The notes beneath the pieces were generated by a model. It was not told the DNA's origin and searched no databases. It was given only the letters and a program-made list of their open reading frames with translations. Shown here in pieces: positions 40,609 through 49,036 of a stretch of DNA of 64,000 bases; the stretch's first letter is position 1, and each line of letters opens with the position of its first letter. This stretch comes from an uncultured delta proteobacterium (GTDB taxonomy: Bacteria; Desulfobacterota; Binatia; UBA9968): NCBI GenBank assembly GCA_963737905.1, contig CAVTUQ010000009.1, positions 32,001 through 96,000 on the forward strand. Direction: 5' to 3'. The position numbers and the translations under genes are program-made.

Positions 40609-41388
40609 ATGGTTAGGCGCGAGAAATCCAATTATACGATTCAATCCGTTTCTCATGCTCTCGATGTCATGGAGCAGTTCAACGGGAACGTCGATGAGAT
40701 CGGCGTTACCGAACTCAGCAAACGGTTGAAACTACACAAGAACAATGTTTTCCGCTTGCTCGCTACGCTTGAAGCGCGCGGCTATATCGAACAGAACAAG
40801 ATTACCGAGAATTATCGACTGGGTCTAAAGTGTCTGCAACTCGGACAGACCTTCATCCATCAGTTAGGTTTATTACTGCAAGCGCGGTCAACATTGGAGG
40901 ATTTGGTTAAGCTAACGAAGGAGAGCGCTTTTGTCGCGATCCGGAAAGGCGCCGCGATTGTTCCTTTGGAGTTTGTCGAACCCGCTCGTCCCGCACGCGT
41001 CGTTTCGTTTCTAGGAACGGCTTTACCGTCTCATTGTACGGCCGCCGGAAAAGTTTATCTCGTCTTCGAGTCTGAAGGTGGTTTGAGCCAAGCGCTTCCA
41101 GAGCGCTTGGACCGCTACACGGAAAACACGATCACGGACCACCAACTCCTCACCGAACAATTGCGAAATGTTAGTGAAACCGGCTATGCCATCGACCAAG
41201 GAGAGTTTTCGGAGGATATCAGCTCTGTAGCTGTGCCCGTTCGTGATTATACCCGAACCCTCGTCGGAGCGCTGGGTATTGCCGGCCCCGGCCATCGTCT
41301 ATCGGGTGAGACCACCAAGCAGGATATTGCCTCTAAACTGCTCCTCGCAGGAAGCGAGTTGTCAAAACGATTGGGTTATTCTGAATGA
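40609..41388 (+). CDS. IclR-family transcriptional regulator
   Basis: HTH IGVTELSKRL, HCTAAGK, GYAIDQGE..SVAVPV. Confidence 0.93.
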   Translation: MVRREKSNYTIQSVSHALDVMEQFNGNVDEIGVTELSKRLKLHKNNVFRLLATLEARGYIEQNKITENYRLGLKCLQLGQTFIHQLGLLLQARSTLEDLVKLTKESAFVAIRKGAAIVPLEFVEPARPARVVSFLGTALPSHCTAAGKVYLVFESEGGLSQALPERLDRYTENTITDHQLLTEQLRNVSETGYAIDQGEFSEDISSVAVPVRDYTRTLVGALGIAGPGHRLSGETTKQDIASKLLLAGSELSKRLGYSE

Positions 41389-41595
41389 TTGCGTTTGGTG
41401 GCCAGACCAAACGTGACCTTCGTCCCGGCAAAGTTGCTCCCCGCTGTAAGATTACTCAAGATAAAATCCCGTCTCTGACCGCAAAATTTTGTTGCCGGAG
41501 TGATGCATCGCGGTGCACCGCTGGTTCGGAGACCGGATGTGACCCCGCCTTTATTTTTGACAAACTGATACAAGTGCGAATAAGTAAGTCGAGGA

Positions 41596-43614
41596 ATGGA
41601 GGTCCATGAGACCGGGATGCTAACGAGTATAGAAAAGGTACTTTTCATCTTACTTGCTGCAGGATCACTTTACTACGGCGGAATAAGATTTTATGACATT
41701 TATAGGGCCATTGCTCGGGGCAGACCTGATTCTCGTCTCGATCATCTCGGCCAGCGCATTGTGCGCGCGCTGTGGATCGTCTTCACCCAGCAATCCGTGT
41801 TTAAGACGCGGCCGATTGTTTCCCTCCTTCACGCGTTGATTTTCTACGGGTTTGTCTTTTATTTTTTGGTTAACCTTGTTGATCTGTTCGAGGGCTTTCT
41901 GTCTTTTAATGCGCGCGGAGGCTTGTGGGGGCCGTTTAATTTGTTGGCGGATCTCCTGACCGCGAGCGTTTTGATCGGGATGATCGGTCTCCTTATTCGT
42001 CGATTCTTTATTCGTCCCAAGGACTTCGCCTTCCCGCCCAACGTGCCTTTGCAACCCGAGGCTCGGGTTGGGATCCTTGGCGACTCTTCGATTGTGGCAG
42101 GCTTCATCCTTTTTCACGTCGGCAGCCGGCTCATGTTTCAGGCGACCCAACAGGCTCGCGAGGGCGCGGATGTTTTCCATCCGGTGAGCTCGCTCGTTGC
42201 CGGGATTTTTTTCGGCATGAGTCCCAGCGCTGTCGAGGTTCTGAACCATTTTTTTTGGTGGGGGGCCCTGGGTTCGATTCTCATCTTCATACCCTATTTC
42301 CCGCGTTCCAAGCATATCCATCTCTTCATGGCCCCGATCAACCTCGCGTTGAAGAGGGAGAACCCGGGAGTCTTGCAGCCGATGGATTTCGAAAACGAGG
42401 AGGTCTTCGGCGCCGCCAAATTGGAGGAGTTTACATGGCCCCGATTGCTGGATGCCTACAGTTGCATCATGTGCAATCGCTGCCAGGATGTTTGCCCGGC
42501 CACGAATACCGGTAAAGCGCTTAGCCCGGCGGCAATTTTAATCAATGAGCGTTATGAGCTGAACAAGCTCTTTCCCAATTTTTCCGCTGGGCAAGAGAGC
42601 CCGCGGCCACTGCTTGATTTCGCGCTCAGTGAAGAGGCGGCATGGGCCTGCACGACGTGCAACGCCTGCATCGAAGTATGCCCTGTGGGGAACGAGCAGA
42701 TGCTTCATATTATCGATGTCCGGCGCGAACGGGTGCTGGCCGCTGCGGAGTTTCCCAACGGGCTCAAAAATAGTTTTAACCATATGGAGCGAGCGGGTAA
42801 CCCTTGGGGCATTTCAGCCGATGAGCGACTCGTTTGGGCCAAGGGTTTGCCTTTTCCAGTGCCGACCATCGAACAAAATTCCGATCCGGATGTGCTCTAC
42901 TGGGTTGGCTGCGCGGCGGCGTTTGATCCCCGGGCGCAGAAGATCGCCCGAAGTTTAGCTGAAATCTTGAATTCCGCCGGCCTAAACTGGGCTGTGCTGG
43001 GCAGAGAGGAAAAATGCACCGGTGACCTGGCACGTCGCACGGGCAACGAATATCTTTTTGCTCAAATGGCGACAGAAAACGTGGCGGCTTTGGACGCAGT
43101 GAAACCCAAAGTTATCGTCACGACTTGTCCGCATTGCTTTCACACCATCGGCAATGAATACCCGCAGTTTGGCGGTAACTATGTGATGAAGCACCACACA
43201 GAATTTATCAATGAGCTGATCCGAGACGGCAGGCTCAAGGTCGCTGCCAACGCCGGCGGTTCCGTGACCTATCACGATCCCTGTTATTTGGGCCGCCATA
43301 ATGGCATCTTCGATCAGCCCCGCGCCCTGATCCACTCCACCGGCGCTCGATTAACGGAGCCTACGCGCTCCCGGAACAACAGCTTTTGCTGCGGGGCCGG
43401 AGGTGGACAGTTTTGGAAAGATGAAGAGAAAGGCACCGAGCGGGTCAGCACAAACCGCTACCGTGAGTTGAAACAGACCGGGGCGAAGACAGTGGCGACC
43501 GGCTGTCCATTTTGCATGCGGATGATCACGGAAGAGACGGCAAAAGAAGAGCCGGAAACGGCCATGGAAGTTTTAGATATTGCCGAGCTCGTCGCAAAGA
43601 ACCTGCAAAAGTAA
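41596..43614 (+). CDS. Membrane Fe-S oxidoreductase (FadF/HdrD-like, 2x4Fe-4S plus CCG domains)
   Basis: TM N-terminus; CIMCNRCQDVCP, CTTCNACIEVCP, YHDPCYLGR, CCGAGGG. Confidence 0.9.
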   Translation: MEVHETGMLTSIEKVLFILLAAGSLYYGGIRFYDIYRAIARGRPDSRLDHLGQRIVRALWIVFTQQSVFKTRPIVSLLHALIFYGFVFYFLVNLVDLFEGFLSFNARGGLWGPFNLLADLLTASVLIGMIGLLIRRFFIRPKDFAFPPNVPLQPEARVGILGDSSIVAGFILFHVGSRLMFQATQQAREGADVFHPVSSLVAGIFFGMSPSAVEVLNHFFWWGALGSILIFIPYFPRSKHIHLFMAPINLALKRENPGVLQPMDFENEEVFGAAKLEEFTWPRLLDAYSCIMCNRCQDVCPATNTGKALSPAAILINERYELNKLFPNFSAGQESPRPLLDFALSEEAAWACTTCNACIEVCPVGNEQMLHIIDVRRERVLAAAEFPNGLKNSFNHMERAGNPWGISADERLVWAKGLPFPVPTIEQNSDPDVLYWVGCAAAFDPRAQKIARSLAEILNSAGLNWAVLGREEKCTGDLARRTGNEYLFAQMATENVAALDAVKPKVIVTTCPHCFHTIGNEYPQFGGNYVMKHHTEFINELIRDGRLKVAANAGGSVTYHDPCYLGRHNGIFDQPRALIHSTGARLTEPTRSRNNSFCCGAGGGQFWKDEEKGTERVSTNRYRELKQTGAKTVATGCPFCMRMITEETAKEEPETAMEVLDIAELVAKNLQK

Positions 43615-43615
43615 T

Positions 43616-44080
43616 ATGAGGGTTCGAAGCAGACTTCTCTTTCTGACTTTGCTGGGGATTCTGCTCCACGCCACCGCTTGCCAGGCGCAACCTCAAGTCA
43701 CTATCGTCACAGGAGGAGGTCAAAAGCTGACTTTTCAGGTCGAAGTCGCGGATACGCCCGCCAAGCGAGAGTTGGGGCTGCAATATCGGCGCGATCTCGC
43801 TCCGGATCGCGGTATGATTTTCCTATTTCCAAGCGAATCCGAGCATTCCTTCTGGATGAAGAACACACCCATTCCGCTGGATATGATTTTCATCAATAGG
43901 GATGGAAAAATTGTCGGAATCGTAGAGCAAGCGGTTCCATTCTCAACGGATTCGCGTTCCGTACCGGGTGCCAGTCAGTTCGTACTCGAGATAAATGGCG
44001 GGCTTTCCAAGCGCCACGGAATCAAAGCCGGCGATTCAGTACAGTTCCAGGCTCTCTCGCCGGAAAGCATTAAACAATAG
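43616..44080 (+). CDS. DUF192 family protein
   Basis: VEVADT, GMIFLF, FWMKNTPIPLDMIF, VLEINGG. Confidence 0.9.
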   Translation: MRVRSRLLFLTLLGILLHATACQAQPQVTIVTGGGQKLTFQVEVADTPAKRELGLQYRRDLAPDRGMIFLFPSESEHSFWMKNTPIPLDMIFINRDGKIVGIVEQAVPFSTDSRSVPGASQFVLEINGGLSKRHGIKAGDSVQFQALSPESIKQ

Positions 44081-44136
44081 AAACATAAAAAGAGATGCTA
44101 CTGCTGGCCCCTCTTTTAAGAGGCTATTTCGGGTGA

Positions 44137-45204
44137 TCAGATCTCACGGAAGAAGTAGGGTCTGACGGGTTCGAGCTTTTGTTCGTAAGAATCGGGATAC
44201 AAGAACCACAGGGTTGCCGCCAGGCTGCTGAGCAAGGAGTTCCCATCCTGTGGCGTAAAACAGGTTCCGATAATTTCTTTGTCGCCTCTCATTGCCAGGC
44301 TCTGGGTCACGATAACCGTCTGGTTCAGAATCCGCCCAAACAGCCCGTGGTCGCGCCCAAAGGAGAAGACCGAAGCCGAGGACTTCTTGTTCGTGAGCGC
44401 CACCCGGCCGTTCGACTCGAAGCGGCGCATCAACTCGTCTTTGTTTATCCCGCGGCGAAGCTTCAGATTGAAATGAATGGTATGCATGTATTGGGTGTTC
44501 AGTTTTAACGCCGACGAGTAGATGTTCAAGCTCAATCCCAGCGTCTTAAATAGGTAGTGCGCGTCCCGTCCTTGATGGGTGCCGAATTCAACATCATCAT
44601 GTTTCCCGGCCTCCGGCGCAGGGATAAACTCGCCTTCTTGGCTCAAATCATTGGCCCGCCGCATGCAGACGAAGCGCCCTTCCTCGAGGTTATCTTCTTT
44701 TTCCGGTCCTAAGGCGACCGTGTCGATGAGCACTGCGAGATTGTGCGTGTTACAACTGACGACTTGGATAAAATCGTCCTTGCCTTTGACCAGTGCCTTG
44801 TCATTGATGCCGCGGGCGTACATCTTGCCGAAGCCATATTCGCTCCCTTGGGCGACGAACCCACGGCCATTGCCGGCGTACTTGTCGTAGAGTTTTTTCT
44901 TGTTTTCATTGCCCACGGGAGTACAGTCGATAATGACGCTGGCCCGATTAATGGCTTCTTCGGCTTCGAAGGTCGGTTCCATTCCCATATCGATAAACTT
45001 CTGCCGCCTCTCCTTGTCGACGCAGAGCTTGGCGCCCTTACTTCCCAAGACATGGACCTTCGAACGATCGGTGACCAAGGGGGTGCGCTTGTGGAATGTG
45101 ACTTCGTCGAGACCGAACTGTTCCCGGAACGTCGAAAGAATTCCGATCAACGGCTCTCCGATGGTTCCGGTTCCCACGACGTGCACGATCTTTTTCTGAG
45201 CCAT
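44137..45204 (-). CDS. Archaeal-type (class II) GAPDH-like dehydrogenase
   Basis: VHVVGTGTIG Rossmann motif, IIDCTP, QVVSCNTH catalytic Cys motif. Confidence 0.6.
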   Translation of the reverse strand: MAQKKIVHVVGTGTIGEPLIGILSTFREQFGLDEVTFHKRTPLVTDRSKVHVLGSKGAKLCVDKERRQKFIDMGMEPTFEAEEAINRASVIIDCTPVGNENKKKLYDKYAGNGRGFVAQGSEYGFGKMYARGINDKALVKGKDDFIQVVSCNTHNLAVLIDTVALGPEKEDNLEEGRFVCMRRANDLSQEGEFIPAPEAGKHDDVEFGTHQGRDAHYLFKTLGLSLNIYSSALKLNTQYMHTIHFNLKLRRGINKDELMRRFESNGRVALTNKKSSASVFSFGRDHGLFGRILNQTVIVTQSLAMRGDKEIIGTCFTPQDGNSLLSSLAATLWFLYPDSYEQKLEPVRPYFFREI

Positions 45205-45378
45205 AGTCCCCACCTGCAATTTGATGAGCGGATTCTAACCCAAGACCTGTTTACGATCAACAGATAACTTGTCCAATGGGCCTCATCTTTCGCCATCTGG
45301 AGATTTTCTTAGCCGTACCGGCAATCGTCTTTAAGAGCAGCGACTTATATGGTAAAACTTCCAGTAAGGGGGAAGCAT

Positions 45379-46827
45379 ATGGCCGAAGAAATCCTTCCTG
45401 CAGAATCTTTTTTCAACCGTAATTTTGGCATTGGCAGCGGAGATCTCGAAAAAGTCCTTGCCACCGCTTTAGGCCGGAAAGCCGACTATGCGGATCTCTA
45501 CTTTGAGTATCGGAGGAACGAGGGTATCGGCCTGGAGGAGGGGCTGGTTAAAAACTGTTCTCAGTCCACCGCCAATGGAGTCGGCGTGCGCGTTTTGGCA
45601 GAGACAAAAACCGGCTATGCGTATACCGACGACATCACCATTGAAAACCTGGAACTGGCGGCGCGTACTGCGCAATACATCGCTCAAAACCAGCAATCTC
45701 AGTTGCCGGTTTCGGTGGGCCAGTCGCCGAGCGCGGCTCACGATCTCTACCCGATCAAAGTTCCGGTCAATGATATCGCTCTGGACCAGAAGGTGGCTTT
45801 GCTTTATGAGATCGACAAATACGCGCGAGGTCGAGATGCCCGGATCAAAAATGTCTTTGTCTCCCTCGCCAGCGAGTACAAAGTTATTCTGGTCGCTTCT
45901 TCCCAGGGTTTAGTCGTGGGAGACATTCAGCCGCTAACGCGCCTCAACGTCACGTGTATCGCCGAGGAAAACGGCGAGCGGCAGGTCGGGAGCTTTGGTG
46001 GTGGTGGCCGGGTGGAGTTCGGATTTTTCATCGATGCGAAGGACTACGAGCGGTACGCGCGGGAAGCGGTCCGGCAGGCCATTCTGAACTTGAGCGCGAA
46101 GGATGCGCCCGCGGGCTCGATGGACGTGGTTCTGGGCCCGGGCTGGCCGGGCATTCTTCTCCATGAGGCGATCGGGCACGGGCTCGAGGGTGACTTCAAT
46201 CGCAAGCAGACTTCAGCTTTCAGTGGCCGGATCGGTCAACGGGTCGCGTCCGAGCTGTGTACCGTGGTTGACGATGGTACGATTCCTTCGCGCCGCGGCT
46301 CCATGAATGTCGACGACGAGGGCACACCGACCCACCGAACGGTTCTCATCGAGAATGGTATTCTCAAGGGGTATCTCCAAGATCGCCTTAACGCGCAGCT
46401 CATGAGGATGCCTTTAACGGGCAACGGGCGACGGGAGAGTTATGCTCACATTCCGATGCCGCGCATGACCAATACTTTTATGCTGGCGGGTCAAAGCGAA
46501 CCTGAAGATATTCTTCGATCGGTCAAGAAAGGACTGTACGCGGTTTCGTTCGGGGGCGGTCAGGTCGATATCACCAATGGAAAGTTCGTTTTCTCCGCCA
46601 GTGAAGCTTATTTGATCGAAGACGGTAAAGTCACAGACCCGGTGAAGGGAGCTACGTTGATCGGCAATGGACCGGACGTTCTTACCCGAGTTTCTAGCGT
46701 AGGCTCGGATCTAAAGCTGGACGAGGGTATCGGAACGTGCGGCAAGGACGGCCAATCCGTGCCTGTCGGAGTCGGGCTTCCGACGATCAAGATTGATGGC
46801 CTCACCGTGGGCGGCACGAGGGCATGA
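45379..46827 (+). CDS. tldD: Metalloprotease TldD
   Basis: GILLHEAIGHGLEGDFNRK, PMPRMTNT, TCGKDGQSVPV. Confidence 0.95.
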   Translation: MAEEILPAESFFNRNFGIGSGDLEKVLATALGRKADYADLYFEYRRNEGIGLEEGLVKNCSQSTANGVGVRVLAETKTGYAYTDDITIENLELAARTAQYIAQNQQSQLPVSVGQSPSAAHDLYPIKVPVNDIALDQKVALLYEIDKYARGRDARIKNVFVSLASEYKVILVASSQGLVVGDIQPLTRLNVTCIAEENGERQVGSFGGGGRVEFGFFIDAKDYERYAREAVRQAILNLSAKDAPAGSMDVVLGPGWPGILLHEAIGHGLEGDFNRKQTSAFSGRIGQRVASELCTVVDDGTIPSRRGSMNVDDEGTPTHRTVLIENGILKGYLQDRLNAQLMRMPLTGNGRRESYAHIPMPRMTNTFMLAGQSEPEDILRSVKKGLYAVSFGGGQVDITNGKFVFSASEAYLIEDGKVTDPVKGATLIGNGPDVLTRVSSVGSDLKLDEGIGTCGKDGQSVPVGVGLPTIKIDGLTVGGTRA

Positions 46828-46834
46828 CGAATAT

Positions 46835-46950
46835 CGTTCAAAACGTTCAAGCGGTTCAAGACGTTCAAGCCGTTCAAGATGTTCAAGCCGTTGTTCCGAT
46901 CGAACAGTTTGAACGAATTGAACGCTTTGAACGACTTGAACGAGTTGGAG
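46835..46950. repeat. Palindromic 9-mer array: CGTTCAANN x6, short hairpin, inverted x4-5
   Basis: Fills almost the whole tldD-pmbA spacer. Confidence 0.9.
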
Positions 46951-46954
46951 GGAT

Positions 46955-48310
46955 ATGGACCGACTGGAATTAAGCCAGGATTTGGGGCGGGACATCCTCG
47001 CCATGGCAAAGTCTCAGGGTGCTTCCCAGAGCGACGTTGTCATGGTGGAGAGTGACTCGTTTTTTGTAACGGTGCGGCTGGGCGAAGTGGAGAAAATCAG
47101 CCAGGCTCAGGAAAAACGCCTGGGTCTTCGCTTGTTTTTCGGCTCCAGCTCGGCTTCGGCGTCAACCTCCGATATCTCCAAAAAATCGGTTGGCCGTTTG
47201 GTGGAAGATACCACCCGAATGGCCCGGGCCACGGCCCAAGATCCGCACAGCGGGCTGCCGGCGGCCGAAGATCTTGCCCGCGAGATTCCCGAGCTGGATC
47301 TATTGGACGGCGGTGCTCGAACAATCTCCGTCGAAGAAAAAATTCAAATGGCGTTGGCGGCGGAAAAAACCGCCCTGGAGTATGACCCACGGATCACCAA
47401 CTGCGAGGGTGGGGAGTTCTCGAATCAGTTCGGGCGGGTCATCTATGTCAACAGTCAGGGCTTTTCCGGCGAGTACGAGGGTTCAACGTTCGGTCACTCG
47501 GTGGCGCCGGTTGCCGCGCAGAACGGCACTATGCAGCGGGACTATTGGTATTCATCGAATCGGAAATTCTCCAGGCTGGAGTCGCCCAAAAAGGTCGGCG
47601 AAAAAGCGGCGCAGCGCGTGTTGAGGCGACTGGGTGCGAAAAAAGTCAAAACCTGTGAAGTTCCCATAGTCTTTGATCCGGAGATAGCCGCTTCTCTGCT
47701 ACGGAATTTATCATCCGCTATTTCCGGTTATTCATTGTACAAGGGCGCATCGTTTCTGGTGGATAAACTTGGAGCCCAAATCGCTTCGGACTCCGTCACG
47801 GTGATTGACGATGGAACCATTCCGGCCGCGCTGGGCTCCAGGCCCTTCGATGCCGAGGGACTACCAACGACAAAGAAAATCATCGTCGAAAAAGGGCGCC
47901 TCCAGAGTTATCTCTTGGACACTTACAGCGGCAGAAAATTGGGAATCGCGTCCACGGGTAATGCTTCACGTTCAGTGGGAGAACCGCCGGGCGTGGCGCC
48001 GTCGAATTTCTATTTGACTCCGGGGGTACACTCTGCCGACGAAATTATCGGCTCGGTGAAGCAAGGTTTCTACGTCACCGAGCTGATCGGCTTCGGAGTT
48101 AATATGGTGACCGGCGACTATTCCCGCGGCGCGAGCGGTCTCTGGATTGAAAACGGAGAGCTGAGCTATCCGGTGGAAGAGGTGACGATCGCCGGTAATC
48201 TCAAGGAGATGTTTCAAAATATCGAGATGGTGGGCGCTGATCTTGAAATGCGCGGTAGAATCGCGGCGCCAACCATCAAGATTTCTCAAATGACCGTAGC
48301 GGGAGATTAG
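46955..48310 (+). CDS. pmbA: PmbA/TldE protein
   Basis: MQRDYWYS, FDAEG, TGDYSRGASGLWIENGE, TIAGNLK. Confidence 0.92.
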   Translation: MDRLELSQDLGRDILAMAKSQGASQSDVVMVESDSFFVTVRLGEVEKISQAQEKRLGLRLFFGSSSASASTSDISKKSVGRLVEDTTRMARATAQDPHSGLPAAEDLAREIPELDLLDGGARTISVEEKIQMALAAEKTALEYDPRITNCEGGEFSNQFGRVIYVNSQGFSGEYEGSTFGHSVAPVAAQNGTMQRDYWYSSNRKFSRLESPKKVGEKAAQRVLRRLGAKKVKTCEVPIVFDPEIAASLLRNLSSAISGYSLYKGASFLVDKLGAQIASDSVTVIDDGTIPAALGSRPFDAEGLPTTKKIIVEKGRLQSYLLDTYSGRKLGIASTGNASRSVGEPPGVAPSNFYLTPGVHSADEIIGSVKQGFYVTELIGFGVNMVTGDYSRGASGLWIENGELSYPVEEVTIAGNLKEMFQNIEMVGADLEMRGRIAAPTIKISQMTVAGD

Positions 48311-48322
48311 CTACAAAAAAAC

Positions 48323-48386
48323 CGAGGCTTGAAGATCGAGGATCGAAGATTGCAATTCTCCATCCTCGATTCTCCATCTTCGGTCC
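48323..48386. repeat. Palindromic 7-mer array (CGARGAT x~4 / ATCYTCS x~4)
   Basis: gaagatcgaggatcgaagat...catcctcgattctccatcttc between convergent genes. Confidence 0.7.
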
Positions 48387-48388
48387 TT

Positions 48389-48598
48389 TCAGAGCACCTT
48401 AAATCCTGCTTTTAACACTGCACGCAAAAAGTCATCGATGTGAGACTGGCTGGAATCAAAATCGATAACCGCTACACTGCGCTCCAGATTGAAATCGACA
48501 CGATCCACGCCGGGGACGCTTTGAAGCGCTTGCCTCAGAACCGGCAGATTCTCGGATGTCAGGTTTTCAACGGAAATGATGGCAGTCTTTGTTGGCAT
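48389..48598 (-). CDS. HMA-fold small protein lacking the CxxC motif
   Basis: ALQSVPGVDRVDFNLE..AVIDFD..AVLKAGF pattern; contains no Cys. Confidence 0.65.
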   Translation of the reverse strand: MPTKTAIISVENLTSENLPVLRQALQSVPGVDRVDFNLERSVAVIDFDSSQSHIDDFLRAVLKAGFKVL

Positions 48599-48775
48599 GT
48601 TTCAGGATCGCCTTTTTGGAATCTGACAGAACCCTCTCTTCGTTTCAACAACAATAAAAGTCTTGACGTCGGCTAAGGGTCGTTTCGCCCCGCTCTTTAG
48701 CGGTTTAGAAATTATCGGCCAAAACTTCAGCCAAAATTTTGTTGACAGCGAGATTGTTCCTATGCAAAAGATAGC

Positions 48776-49020
48776 CACGGCTTAGCGGAATCGTTGGCGA
48801 GCCGTGCCTTTCTGGACCTCGTTCCGCTAGAGAAGGGACGACGCGGAGATCAAGAGTTTTATCGCGTCTTCCAATGGTGATTTTGTGATTTGCTTTAACT
48901 ATCCCACCTCGCACGGCCGTTCAGTCAACTGACCATGGATGAGAACGTGTAGCCCGTCAAGGACGGCGGTGGCAACTGGGTGTGGTAAGTCCCCGACTCA
49001 ATCACGCCCAACACCTTGCC
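48776..49020 (+). promoter_or_regulatory. Structured 5' leader, candidate cis-regulatory RNA
   Basis: Interleaved pairings 48776-82/48800-06 and 48783-90/48822-29, further hairpins, and a long stem at 48971-49020 abutting the SD; TTGACA at 48742. Confidence 0.4.
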
Positions 49021-49036
49021 GGAGGGAGGGTTCAAC

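Noticed and set aside
46835-46950. Repeat arrays as CRISPR
   Set aside because: Units are 9 bp, contiguous and inverted in the second half, with no unique spacers; there are no cas genes in the window.
45379-48310. tldD/pmbA as part of a RiPP biosynthetic cluster
   Set aside because: No precursor peptide, YcaO or radical SAM gene is adjacent; this is a standard housekeeping pair.
48776-48829. HDV-like ribozyme
   Set aside because: The pairing topology is superficially similar, but the L3 loop (TTGG) and J4/2 lack the HDV consensus; kept only as an unknown structured RNA.
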